Of a stretch of DNA of 64,000 bases, positions 25,825 through 38,634 are shown piece after piece. The DNA lies in assembly GCF_011386835.1 (NCBI RefSeq), contig NC_088791.1, positions 95,542,001 to 95,606,000 on the forward strand, written 5' to 3'. The notes below the pieces were generated by a model. The model ran no database searches. It had not been told where the DNA came from and saw only the letters and a list, made by a program, of their open reading frames with translations. Made by a program: the position numbers and the translations under genes. The stretch's first letter is position 1. Each line of letters opens with the position of its first letter. The stretch is from Chrysemys picta bellii. Lineage: Eukaryota.

Positions 25825-26096
25825 ATTGGCTTCCCCGTCCATCTGGACTGTCTACCTGGGCAAGTACTTTCAGAACGTCAGCAGCCCGAATGAGGTGTCC
25901 TTCAAGGTGAGCCGCCTCCTCCTGCACCCATACTATGAGGAGGACAGCCACGACTACGACGTGGCCCTGCTCCAGCTTGACCACCCAGTTATCAACTCGC
26001 CCTTCATTCAGCCCATCTGCTTGCCCACCCACTCCCACCTCTTTGAACCTGGCCTCCGTTGCTGGATCACTGGATGGGGGGCTCTCAAGGAAGGAG
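25825..26096 (+). CDS. TMPRSS6: TMPRSS6 protease exon with catalytic Asp (LASPSIW...HDYDVALL...GWGALKEG)
   Basis: CAGTAG tandem acceptor (start 25825 or 25822); GAG|gtacat donor; 272 nt. Confidence 0.95.
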
Positions 26097-27905
26097 GTAC
26101 ATGCAGGATGTCTGCTGCTCTTGTTAGGATCCTCTTTCCTCCAGGGGCTACATAAGGGGGGGAGTTTTTCAAAGGCACAAATGGCAGTTAGACACTCAGC
26201 TCCCATGGAAAGTTGGGCTAATTACTCATTGTGCCTATGAAAATCTCCTTCCAAATAAATAAATTCTGTTGTGATGCTAGGAGTCTCACATCAAGGCTTG
26301 GTTGCTTCAGTATGGGATAATGTTCTTGGCAAGGATCTGATGCATGGTCCCCCAAACAAAAGTCAGAGAATGTTCCAGTTCCGAGCTCCTTGAAACATAA
26401 TGGAGAGCTTTGATTTGCCCTTGCCCCCTTTACCGAATGCAACTGCAATCTACCATAATCAGCCTTGCCTCAAGGTGCCCTCCAGCTCCCCCTAGTGGAT
26501 CATCATAGTGCATCATGCAGAATTATCACATATTGATGTAACATCACAGCATAAAGACACAATAGCATGAGGCCCCCAAAAGATGAGAGATTTTAACTGT
26601 CTGGGCTTGCAGGACCTAAGACAGACTCATAACCGTATGGGTCATCCTGGGAGGACCGGGATGGGAAGGTGCACTGCTCTGGGACAGCTCTCAGCTGGAG
26701 GCGTTGGGTCCGAAGACCTAGAGAAGGGTCTTTGTCAGCAAGTGATGGGAGCATGAAGGATTTTTGTAGCTATAATTCTTTACGGAGTGTGTGCATGGCG
26801 TATTACACACACAACAACATAATCTCCCAACGGACGCAGTGGAAGCCCTGGCTTAAATTTTCAAAAGCGGCTGGTGCCCCTGACTGTCAGAAAGAGCTGA
26901 GCTCCTGCCCTCTGAAAATCAGGCCCCTTCAAGACATTGAGCATCCCAAATATGGAGGTGCCCAAAATCAGGTGTCACTTTGGAAAATGTAACACCCCCT
27001 CCTCAACCTAGGTCATTGAAAAGTACACTGGACAAAGCACTAGTAAAAGTATAGTAAGGAAGACTCCTACCCTGGCAGGGAACTGGGCTAGATGGCCTAC
27101 AGTGACAGGTCCTGTCCATCTAATAGCTATAATTCTCTGACTGATGAAAAGCGTCCAAATTCTAACCTGTTGTAGGCTGGTACAACTCCTTTGGGAGTGT
27201 TGAACCCAGTTATAGCAGGTGTCAGTTGCAGTGCCCTGCCAGTGAGCTGAGTGTTTAATTGAGACAGGTAAGTATGAAACCTGGGGAAAGAATTCCCAAG
27301 GCAATGAGAGGGCAATATTGGCATGAAGATCGATGCAGGACAGCTTTGTGAAAGGAGTGGGCGAGGAGGAGCAGGAGCTCTCTTGGCAGATGAAAAGGCT
27401 GGAGCTGTTCCAGACTTGGAACACAAGGGGCGGCATGAGAGACACTGTGGAGCAGAGGTCAAGGGAAGGAGCCAGAGCGCAGTAATGAGAGAGGCCTGAG
27501 AAGAGCAGAGCTGGCTGCAGGGACGACACTGGGCCCAGCGATAGCCCTGCACTTGTGCAGGGACAGGCACCATCACACAGATGGAGGGGCTGCAGCTTGC
27601 ACTTCCTCCAAGCAGCAGCTGCAGCAGCCAGTGCAGCCCCCAAGGGCTGTCCTAACTTGTGCCCCTGGTGAAACGGTCACTACAGCCTGCTGCTCTCGTA
27701 CAGTACTGCCCATGTGTCTCCTGTTCCCCTCATGGAGCTGGTTGGGACAGTCATGGAGACTTAGCAGGTTTGGATGAAGTTTTCATCAGAAAGATTCTGC
27801 CTTATTCTGGGATGAAAACATTGCTCTGAATCAGACAGGACAGGAACTTGAACCTGAGTCTCCCATCTCCCTAACCACCAGGCCACGAACCCACACTACT
27901 TCCTG

Positions 27906-28030
27906 AATCCTTGAGGGGGCCATTTAGGGATCTGGGGCAAAAATTGGGGATTGGTCCTGCTTTGAGCAGGGGGTTGGACTAGATGACCTCCTGAGGTCCC
28001 TTCCAACCCTAATATTCTATGATTCTATGA
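27906..28030 (+). mobile_element. 5'-truncated tortoise-type SINE
   Basis: High similarity to the full copy at 41957-42135; (ttctatga)2 CR1-type tail. Confidence 0.88.
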
Positions 28031-28490
28031 ATCGAAAAGTTCCGGTTTGGATCCAAAACCAGACAGTTCAACACAATTCTGTTTTCATGGGGACGTTCAG
28101 AAGGCCGTGTTTTCAGTCCACTGTGGGACGAAAACAAGTTTTGAAAGCGCAAAAGTTGCTGCAAAATGGAATTGTCCTCCTTCAGACAGTTCTACCCCCC
28201 TCGTGCCCCGCTGGTGCAAAGGGGCTGCAGTGTAATGCTGAATAGGACCCAGTTGTGTAGAGCCTTGTGGGTGAAGTGAGAAGCTTGAACTGATACAGTA
28301 AAAGGTGAGAAGCTAAGGTAAGGATTAGGGGAGGGGGGGAAGATGTGACGCAAGTGGAGGACAAGATGGTGATCCGAGTGGCAGCTCTTTCCATGAGCTG
28401 GAGAGGTGAGATGTGGCCGTGGTATGGGGATAACAGGAAGAGGCAGGGAGCTCTGCTGTTACTCACCGGCTGTTCTTGTTCCATATCTAG

Positions 28491-28627
28491 GGCAACTGAG
28501 TAACATCCTGCAGAAGGTGGATGTGCAGCTGATCCAGCAGGACATCTGCAGCGAGGCTTATCACTACCAGATATCTCCCAGAATGCTCTGCGCCGGCTAC
28601 CGCAAGGGCAAGAAGGATGCCTGCCAG
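28491..28627 (+). CDS. TMPRSS6: TMPRSS6 protease exon ([14 protein letters not shown]...KKDACQ)
   Basis: atctag| acceptor, CAG|gtgaca donor; 137 nt. Confidence 0.96.
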
Positions 28628-29587
28628 GTGACAGAGGAGACGTGGGACACTTCCACCTTAAAGGGGCATCATCCAGCAATGGATGGGGGTGGGAGGGGTG
28701 GGGGGGTCTTTGTCCCCTGAACATGCGTTATAGCTTTGAATTAGGAGTATATTGATTCCAAGAGATTAGAAGAAAGACCTTCTTGCCCCAACTGTAGGTC
28801 ACATCCTGCTCATGCTTATCCTCTGGTGCAAACGCAGAAACTTTTCAGTTTCTTAGGATTACGTCCAGTCTCCCATGAGCTCCCCACAGTGATGGAACCT
28901 TGGTGGAGCCACACGCAGCTCCATAGGGAAGATTATCCACTTCTTCCCATGGATCCTCGGCCTAGTCAGGAATGCTGGTGACACTATAGCTTGGATTTTC
29001 CCTTTTCCAATTTCAGGCCATTACGTCCTTGTCAGCCATTCCTCCGCTTTCCTACTACGAGCACCTTTCCTGTCATCTACCTGAAGACTGTTCCCATAAC
29101 TCACCCCACCCCAGCATGTGCTGATTGGTGCTGCTGCTCTCTGCCTGCTCCTACATTACCCTTCATCCCCAGGCAATTCCACTGGCACTCCATTCATTTT
29201 AGGATCCAGTTCAAATTTGCAATTGGCAAAGCCCTCCCTAGACTTGCTCCAGCCTGTTTCCTTCTGAGGACCTTACACTGACTAGAAGAATAAGCAAGAG
29301 ACTTATTGGGGAAGGGGACACACATGGCCGAGGATGTGCCAGTGGCCAATACCTTTCCTTAGAAGACTTGGATTTCTGATGCTATCCTACACCCATCTGC
29401 CTAAGATACTTAGCTCCATTGGGGGTTCTGCCAAGGCCTTGGGCAATGGGATGGAGGGGTTGAATTGCAGCCTGAAGATGAGAGGAAGAAGGGGAAATGT
29501 ATTCTCAAAGCATGTGCGAGTTCTTCATCATGCTCCACCCCCATCACTTTAGTGTCCTGATGGTTCTTTGTTTCCTTCTGCCTCTAG

Positions 29588-29746
29588 GGTGATTCTGGAG
29601 GTCCCCTCGTCTGCAAGGAGCCCAGTGGCAGGTGGTTCCTGGCTGGCCTGGTGAGCTGGGGGCTGGGTTGCGCACGTCCAGATAATTACGGGGTCTACAC
29701 CAGGATCACCAGGGTGCTAGGCTGGATGAAACAGACAATGAGCTGA
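29588..29746 (+). CDS. TMPRSS6: TMPRSS6 last coding exon with catalytic Ser (GDSGGPLVC...WMKQTMS*)
   Basis: Translated by hand; ctctag| acceptor; 53 codons ending TGA at 29744-29746. Confidence 0.97.
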   Translation, partial: GDSGGPLVCKEPSGRWFLAGLVSWGLGCARPDNYGVYTRITRVLGWMKQTMS

Positions 29747-30610
29747 GGGAGTCCCCCTGTGCCTTCCCCACTAGGCACAGGCTGCTCGGTTACCTGTTCC
29801 TGACATTGATCACTTGTCTCCAGAGTGTTGGGAAAGACAGAGATTATGTTTTGGGATGGAGGAAAGTATATCTGCCCCTGGGGGTATGTGAGGACATGTG
29901 GGAAGCCCCTCCACCCTCTCCAAGAAATGCCCAGTCTTGATTAAGGCCAGGCACACAAAGATCTCTGGTACATTAAGGGGAGGGAGGATGGAAAGCCATG
30001 GGTTCTGAGCAGATGCTTTCTGGATAGGAGAATGGGGGAGATGAACTTTACAGAAACTACATAATTCATCCCCAGTCCCAACGCTGGAACATTTGCTGCA
30101 AGAAAATCTGACTGATGTAGATAGAAATGAGATTCCAGTAACTGTGATATCAATCCGTCTCTCTCTCCTTCCCTGCCATTCATTCTTCTCCTCCCCACAC
30201 TTCCCCCCACCACGCCTCCTCCTCTCCCATCTCTATAATTGCTTCTTTCCTTAGCTAGAGGGTGTAGTTAGGTTCAACTGGGCAATTATTTGTCTATTAG
30301 AGCCTCCAAGACATGATCCATCACTTTTCCCAAGTACATGTCACTGCCTCAGTGCTGTAATTTCACCATCATTTTATGCTGCAATTGGACTCCCTCCAGG
30401 CAGAATTCTTGGCCACTGAGTACATAACATCTGTGCAACCTCCTACCCGCTCTCTTGAATTCATTTAATACCTTTAATACAAAAGATCTTCCTAAACTTC
30501 CATCCTCTGTTGCCAGCAAAGTGAGGGGAGAAGGCAGCAAGCAAAGTATTTTAGATGGTGATGGCTATGTATTTATGAAGAAATATTATGGGCCAATGTC
30601 TGGAATTGGG

Positions 30611-30616
30611 AATAAA
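30611..30616 (+). terminator. Probable TMPRSS6 polyadenylation signal
   Basis: First AATAAA after the stop, followed by T/GT-rich sequence; a second AATAAA at 30990. Confidence 0.55.
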
Positions 30617-31414
30617 AAGCATTATTTTTTTGCTCTGCAATTTTCTCTGTCTGGGTTGAGAATGTATCTGTCAGCCTAAAATTCCATATGCAGCAACTTG
30701 ATGAGACCAGATGAGAACCACAAAAAGAGACGAACACCTCCCTCTCAGCTGCAGCCTGGGGACAGCATGAACCATCTATAATCTGTGTGGGTGCTTATAC
30801 AGTTCACTGTGGTGTGAACTGCAACAGGAAGAAGTTCCCCCATCAGCCTTGCTATACACACTTGGGGAAATACACAGACAGTAAAGGGAGGCCCAGCCAG
30901 GCTCCCTGGGAACTGTGGGAATGTCTGTCACTTTAGCCAGGAACCAGGAGAACATCCCTTTCCACCCGAGAATGGAAAACCATGTGTGCAATAAATATCA
31001 GTATTTAGGTACATTAGGGTCAGAGTAGGTGACCAGGAGCACAGGCCAGGGCCAAGCCTCCAGGCTGAGCTGCACCCAGCAAACAACTTTTGTATCATGC
31101 CGTGTTTATGAATTTTATCCTGGGCCGAGTGAACAATGGACACAGCTTCCTTAGCCCAACATCATTTCCACTGGGACCATAAGTCTCCTGGCCTACAGAG
31201 TGCTGGGTACAGGGACTCCAGTCACACGCACTTCCTGCCTCACTTGCCAGTCGGGAACAAAGGGGTGGGGAAGGAAGACTGGCTCCAAGTGGATGAGTTC
31301 TAATGTCATCATGCAGTTAATCTGAGGCCTCAATTCTAGCTCTGAAGTCCTTCCCATGAGCACCAAAGTGCTGTGGAAAAAAGGAGAGGAGACAGCCAGT
31401 AATGGACAGGCACA

Positions 31415-31420
31415 TTTATT
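31415..31420 (-). terminator. Probable KCTD17 polyadenylation signal
   Basis: AATAAA on the minus strand ~790 nt past the stop, with a pyrimidine-rich tract downstream. Confidence 0.5.
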
Positions 31421-32202
31421 CAGGAGTTATAACACAGCGGAAACACCCCACGTCCAGAAGCACTGGCAGGCATCTCCTTCCTAGAACAGTCAGAAGCTAC
31501 ATCAGAAGCCAGGTACGCCATGCTATACTCCTGCCTCTTTCTCCTCCATTGAAATTAAACCTCTCACTGCAGGGCCTGTGTGTGTATATTACCCAGCAAA
31601 GGGTCAATGCTGCCCCTTTACTCCTTGTGCTAAGCACAGGCTATCTGGAGAGAGGTAGGGATTCCCCATTTGCCCCCTGGTGACAAGCAAAGCTCAACTG
31701 CCCTCCCCAACAGTGGCTCTGACAGTAAATCAAACATACAGGCCTGAATCTAGTCAGCAGGTGGGGGTAGGAAGGAAGCGTGTAGCTGCTGAGTTCTGGA
31801 CTCTCCAGCACGGGTAACTGTGACCAGTGCTTAATTTGTAGTGAAAGAGGTGCCGGGGCTCAAGCAATGATTTATTTTCAAAACTGATGTGGCAAGTCCA
31901 GAGATGCCAGGGCTATGAACTGCCAAGCCTAGAGATGCCAGGGCTGAGCTCTGGCACAAGTTAAGCACTGACTGTGTCCCTAAAGAAGGGGAATCCTGTG
32001 GGCCTGGGGAGATTGCAGGGTGTGGATTACATCCCCTGCAGCAAGTCAGACACACAGGCGGGGGTATCTGCCTTTCTCAGGGGGGAGGCGGGCGTGAGCT
32101 TCAGAAACGATATTCCAAAACAGAACTTTAAAAACAAAGGCAACAAGTTGAGGGTGAGGAGTGGAGTCGCTGCGACGCTTTCCCCCAGAGGGCTGCCATA
32201 AA

Positions 32203-32293
32203 CTACAGTACAAAAATAAAGATTTTTAAATGGAAATTAAAAGGCTGGAGTTGATCGTCGGTATCACATCCTGAGGCCTCTGGCTTGTAACAA
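32203..32293 (-). CDS. KCTD17: KCTD17 last coding exon (CYKPEASGCDTDDQLQPFNFHLKIFIFVL*)
   Basis: ttttctag| acceptor after a very long pyrimidine tract; CYKPEAxGC resembles the mammalian tail (recalled). Confidence 0.8.
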
Positions 32294-33285
32294 CTAGAAA
32301 ACGAGAGAGAGACAAAGAACAAAACCAAAGGCAGAGAGAAATCAAGCATGGAGGAGAAAGGGAGAGCAGCACAAATCGAGAGGAAGAGGAAAAGCAAAGT
32401 GATGAGAGAACAGAAAAGAAAGAGACATGAAAAAGGAGGGAGGGAGAGAAAGAGAGAGGAAGGAAAATCCATGTGAGTAAAATATACTGACTCAGTATAA
32501 TACTCAGGCCCCACAGCTGAGGGCAGAGAGACCCCTAAACAGAGGGATGGAGAAGGCCTGGCAAATACCAGAGAACCAATGACTCCCCCTAATTGTAGGG
32601 GTGTGGGAAGAGGGGTTCAGGAACCTCCAATTTAGCACAAATTCTGTAAACAGCCTAAAAAGAGAGAAGCAAGGCTCCTTCCTCCAGGCCTCCTCACGCC
32701 CTTCATCCCCTCCACCACACAACTAGGGCGGTGAGCCCAAGTTCTCTCTCTCTCTCTGCCAAAAATTGGGGTGCACTTCACACAGAGCTGCCTAGTTTCT
32801 ATTTTCACTCCCAGAACGCTTACCCTGTCAGAATCTGCTGGGAAACACCCAGCTGGCAAAGGCTGCTTTTAAAGGCAGGGAAATATATGGAAATCCTCAT
32901 GCAAAATATTCTTCCAGCTACCAGGAGGAGGATTAAACAGAAGCTGCTGGGGAAAAATCCTGTGTGCACATATGCCAGGCAGAAATACAACACTCTCCCC
33001 AGCTCCCCCTCTATCTTCCTTGCCCTGGTTCTCATCCCTCTCAATGTCTCACAGCTTTGCTCTTCCTTCTGCTACCAGAGCCTCTAGTCCAGAACTGTAA
33101 GGCCTGCTTAAAAAATAAGACACACACAAAGAGAATCAGGAAAGCACAGAGTAAGGAAATAATCAACCACTCCCTGCCCCCACCAAAGACCTACAAACCA
33201 GGGTCAGATCCGTAAGAGGGGAGGAGATGAGAGTCACTCATGCAGAGCTCAGAGTCATATCTGAGAGAGCAGACAGGTACCATAC

Positions 33286-33382
33286 CTGCAGAGGAGGAAG
33301 AGTGAGGAGCAGGAGGAGACAGGATCCTGAGCAGGGAGCACACAGGACACCAGGAGTGGAAGGTGGGAGGGGAGGCAGGAAC
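33286..33382 (-). CDS. KCTD17: KCTD17 putative exon 7 (GSCLPSHLPLLVSCVLPAQDPVSSCSSLFLLC)
   Basis: cacctag| acceptor, CAG|gtatgg donor; 97 nt supplies exactly the phase 1 to 2 shift needed between exons 6 and 8; protein sequence divergent. Confidence 0.65.
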
Positions 33383-33794
33383 CTAGGTGCATGAGGAGAG
33401 AGAGTGAGGGAAGAGGGGAGTGGAGGAAGGGATTCTTGGGGAAAGAACTGTGTGGAAGGGAGGAAGTAGGAGAGAGGTGACAAGAACCCCATGGGCGGGA
33501 AGGGAGCAGGAGAGGGAATCTGGACAGAATTAGCAGAATCCCAAGTAGATTAATTTGCTGCAAATAAAAATAAAAAAATAAAAAGTTAAATATAAAGTAG
33601 CAGCCATGTGTAATAGATCTCCCGCCTCCACCACTGAGACTTCAGCCCCACTGCATCCCCTGCTCCCTGGAGTGGTTCCCTCAGCCTCTTCCCTAGTGCT
33701 TCCCTGACACTAGCTGTGTGGACTCTCACCAGATGGGAACAGACGGCTTTATGGTTGGGTTTTTATTATTATTTTCCTCAGGGATTTGATGCAC

Positions 33795-33852
33795 CTTTCT
33801 CCTCTGCCTCCTCCTCCTCCTTCTCTTCCTCCTCTGGATCCTCCTCTGTGCT
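33795..33852 (-). CDS. KCTD17: KCTD17 exon 6, acidic tract (STEEDPEEEEKEEEEAEEK)
   Basis: ccgcag| acceptor; weak AAG|gtgcat donor; resembles human STEEQLEE...QEK (recalled). Confidence 0.8.
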
Positions 33853-34616
33853 CTGCGGCCCAGCATGCAGTACAAAGGGAAGAAAGATCGGAGACACTTG
33901 CAAGACCTGCCATGGTGATTCTTGCTCATGCGCAAGGGCTCAAAGTAGCGGCCAGATTTGGGTATAGGGAGGAATGGCCTGAAGACCTTTAGGGTTCAGA
34001 GAAATTCAGGCTTCCTCTGGAACCCTGAGCAGGGATTGTCCATGGGAATCAGGCAGGTACGTCTCCCCGCATAGAAATGCAGAGGCCTGTCAGGGACCGA
34101 TGGATTTTGGTCCTTCCCATGTTCTGTGTGTCTGTATCTACCAAGAAAGCGTGCCCCAACGGAGTTTCTCCCCTCCCTCTCTGGCCTGACGGTGAGGAGA
34201 GCGCCTCCCATTTCCACACACCACAACTCAGTGGAGAAAGCGTTCCTTACTCTCCAGAAAGAGGATGTTGTCCTCTAGTCAGCAAACAAAGGTACCCACT
34301 GCAAAGCATTATGGGTATTCCCACACCGATGGGTCTGATGATAGTGACACACTCAGCGTGGGTAGGAAGAGAGATGAGGAGGCAGACTGGGGAGGCACGA
34401 GAAGGACAGGGGTACCTTGTTATAGTGATTTGCCACACACACAAGGTCCTGTTCGTTAGGAGGTAGCACTTCATGACTCTGAACAAAGGGACAGGCCATG
34501 ACATTTCACCACCTGGTTAGCCCACCGCTGAGGGGGAGGGAGGAAACAGAGAAGAGGCTCTTATGGTGATGAAGACAAGCCATTAACAAGGACGGTGAAG
34601 TGCAGGTTGGTCTCAC

Positions 34617-34742
34617 CTTGGCTTTGCTGCTAGGCTCAGAGCTCAGGCCATTGGGTGAGTTGTACAGCTCTTTGGAGACTACGCACAGGAACTCTGTCTG
34701 GTCCTCATTCCCATAGTTATAGGATGACCCGATATTCACCAG
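34617..34742 (-). CDS. KCTD17: KCTD17 exon 5 ([26 protein letters not shown]...SSKAK)
   Basis: ttccag| acceptor, AAG|gtgaga donor; 126 nt. Confidence 0.96.
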
Positions 34743-35119
34743 CTGGAAGTGACAAAAGAGAAAGTCAAAGATCTCACACATGCTTCGCTACATGTCCACT
34801 TCTCACTGGGAACAGGGATATGGACAATGCCCTCAGGGAGCATGGAGTCAGATACTTATGTGCTACTCCCGTCAAGAAACCAGAGGGACTGAGGACTAAA
34901 CAGAGGCTGTGACACAGAGAACTGGGCGGGGGTGTGGGGGGGGGACTGCTGTAACACAAAGCACTGTAACCTCACGCAGATTCCTCCAGGCTCCCCAGAG
35001 AAGAGGTGGCAGAGAGATGGGATCTACTGGCACTGAACCTGGTGAGTAAGCAATACCCACAGTGGGAGTGGTGTATTCTGGCGCCTTGATGTTAGAGCAT
35101 GTTCCCTGTCTCTCCTCTA

Positions 35120-35332
<213 letters not shown>

Positions 35333-35645
35333 CTACATACCCTCAAAAGATTCTGAATGTTATTCTGTGACAAAAGCGGATATACCTGTGGCTTGGATTA
35401 TAAAAATGAGGGCCCTACAAAGAGGTATACCCGCAACCCAACTTCATATTGCCCTGCCCAAAAAGGGGTGGTATGAGAGGACAAAGGTTTCTGCAGGATC
35501 ACATCTCATGCGCAGCAGGACAGCACATGGATTAAAAGGATCTACTGGGAGGAGGGAAAGGGTCCAGCACCCAGCATAGGCCACACTCATTCTTACAGGA
35601 AGTTTGCATTTGTTATCATTGTTAATAAAAGCCATTGATACAGTG

Positions 35646-35870
35646 CAGGGGTTCTCAAACTGGGGGTCAGGACCACTCAGGGGGTCAGGAGGTCATTACA
35701 TGGGGGGTCACGAGCTGTCAACCTCCACCCCAAATCCCGCTTCATGTCAAGCATTTATAATGGTGTTAAATATATAAAAAAGTGTTTTTAATTTATAAAG
35801 GGGGGGGGTGTCGCACTCAGAGGCTTGCTATGTGAAAGGGGTCACCAGTATAAAAGTTTGAGAACCTCTG
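35646..35870. mobile_element. 225-bp hAT (Charlie-like) MITE
   Basis: TIR CAGGGGTTCTCAAACT/AGTTTGAGAACCTCTG; TSD ATACAGTG/ACATAGTG (6/8). Confidence 0.8.
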
Positions 35871-36998
35871 ACATAGTGCCATAAATGTCCACTGTGCTCA
35901 AGTGTGGAGGCACAGTCTCTGCTTCAGGGAGTTCACAAGCTAAGGCAGATAAGACAAAACGTAATGCAAGTTCGGACATGGGATCACTGCACAAGGAAAG
36001 AGACTATGGAGAGATTACTGGTGAAGCAAAGTAGTAGCTCTGCTGCAGGATTCCTGAGTGACCTTGGGGAAAAAACCAATCCACCATCTCTCTGTGTTCG
36101 TTTCCAATCTGCAAAGTGGGGGTAATAAGCCTGGTTTTCTCCCACCCTTTCTCTTGTCTATTTAGACTGCAGGTCTTTGGGGGCAAGGACTGTCTCTGAT
36201 CGTGTTTGTACAGTGCCTGGCACAACAGGGCTCTAATTTCAGTGTGTGTTACGGTAATGCAAATAACAAACAATTTTTAACTCTTATTATTCCTGGAATA
36301 AATGGGTATTAAAGAGCAATTTGAAGGAGGTAATCACAGCCAAAGATGGAGGAGTCACGGCTTAGAGAATTTCCCCACCACAGACACCCCCTCCACCTCC
36401 CACAGCCTCAGTGACTCCCCACCGATATCCCTCTGCCTCCCACAGTGATAGTGCACTAAAAGGAACAGGCTGGCTTCTTTCTGGAGTTGCAGGCGCACAC
36501 AGACAATGCACTTTCCACCAACTATCCCCTTCCCACACTGAAATAGCCCCTGCAGCTAATGCCCTGTCTGGAGGTTCAGAATATAGCACCCTTCCAGATC
36601 AGACAAGCGCAGCATCCAGTGCCACCTCTGGGACTTCCATTTTATTTTAACTACAATGAAAGTTTCCTACTGGTGGAAGATTTCATGACACAGCATGTAT
36701 CAGTGGAATCATCCCTGTGTATTTATGTGCCAGCAAACATCTCCCATTTATGTGACAGGGCCAGCTGGGCTGACACACCAGGAATTAAACCAAGAACCTC
36801 CAGAACTAAAGGTATTGGCTGCTACAGCTTAAGCTAAAGCTCTGTGGCTGGGGCTGTAACAACTCATTTCTTCTACGGATAGTCACAGTGGGTTATTTTT
36901 CCACGGCACTTCCCCACTGTCCCTCCCATATTTGACCTCTCTTCTAGCTCTCCATCCCCTCTCCCCCTCCCCCAGCCTTGTCTCTCCATTTTCCCTCA

Positions 36999-37142
<144 letters not shown>

Positions 37143-38482
37143 TTAGTCCCATTTCCCAGTACTCGGAGCTTCCTGAAGGGAAAGCCCCATCTGGCTGCTT
37201 CAGGAATTCACATGCCTGTACCGAGAACTCTCTCCCCTGGGGAGAAAGGACACCACAACATACTACATGAACAGTTCTCTGGTGCCTGGAAGCTCTTACA
37301 CCTGGGGATTGAATTCAGGCCCCCTTTATTACTGTACCAAGGGGAGGCGCAGGGGTGACTAACCTAGTTACGATGTCAGGGCTCTACAACTGGAGACAGA
37401 ACCCTAGGTCTCTGGTTAATGTTCCCAGGATTCATCCTACTGGGAAGTGCTCCCATATCCCTACCCTGGCTGTTATTCCAGGAGGAGGACACTACCCAGG
37501 CTTGCAGGTTATTTTCCCAGGGCAGGTTCAGAGCTCTACCTATTGGGCCCTGAACCCAGGCACCCTGATTATTGACCCAGAGTGTCTAGAGAACTAGAGT
37601 GAATTTAGGCCCCGAGCTACATAAGGGCTCATTCTTGCTCTGTTGGTTACTGTCCTGTGGGCTCTGTTCAGCAGGGATTAAATCCAGACCCCTCAGTTAC
37701 TAAGTGCTACCCACTTGGGAGTGAATCCTGGTTATTGTTGTAGGTATTGCGCCTAGTCTTCTGGTGCCCGCCCTGGGCCTGTTGCTGATCTCTGAATAGC
37801 ACTTTACCCCAAAGCAGATAAACAAAGATGTGTGTTTCACTTCATTAACCTACAGTAGCTGCATCTGTCCGCTCCCCTGAGACATACATGATCATGTTTG
37901 CTAACAGGGAGGGCGTGGGGCATTTTATGTGTCCACAAGGGAGAATGATGCCTAGGAACCAGCATTCAGTGACTACACAGGTTCCCTCTTGAGATCAGAA
38001 CATAGACAGGGCAAGCAGGTGAGATTTATTTGCCCTCAACCATCCCACGTAGGCCTAGGGTACACAGAAAAGTTATACTGGCATTGCTACGTCAGTCAGG
38101 GATGTGAAAAAAAACCCACACCACTGACTGACATACCTATGCTGACAAAACCCCTTGTGTAGATGCAGCTCTGTCAACAGAAGAGGATTTCCATCAACAA
38201 AGCTAACTTTGTTTGCAATGACAGAAAAACTCTTTCTGACAGCATATTCATGCCAGCATAGTCTCCATAGTGTAGACATACCCTGAGAATCCCTCAGAGC
38301 TTCTCATTCTCCCACCCCATTGGTCCCTCTCTCATACACTGGGAGAAATGGCATGCTGGGGAGGAAATTGATAATAAAGCATTCTCAGTCACTTAGGACT
38401 CAAACCCTATGGGGCTAACACCAGGGAAGGCCATCCATTTCCTACTTGTTAATTCATCAGAGATCCTACTGGGCATCACTAC

Positions 38483-38634
38483 CATAGAATATCAGGGTTG
38501 GAAGGGACCTCAGGAGATCATTTAGTCCAACTCCCTGCTCAAAGCAGTACCAATCCCCAAATGGCCCCTCAAGGATTGAACTCACAACCCTGGATTCAGC
38601 AGGCCAATGCTCAAACCACTGAGCTATCCCTCCC
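38483..38634 (-). mobile_element. Tortoise-type SINE in KCTD17 intron 2
   Basis: Reverse complement of a tRNA-like head (gggagggatagctcagtggtttgagc...gttcaatcc) plus CR1 tail. Confidence 0.9.

Noticed and set aside
27008-27643. 211-aa and 149-aa antisense ORFs in a TMPRSS6 intron
   Set aside because: Non-ATG starts, no recognisable domain or supported splice structure
33400-33540. Possible extra KCTD17 cassette exon (SLPPLP motif resembling a mammalian optional exon)
   Set aside because: No convincing acceptor/donor pair with suitable phase was found; the similarity is low-complexity
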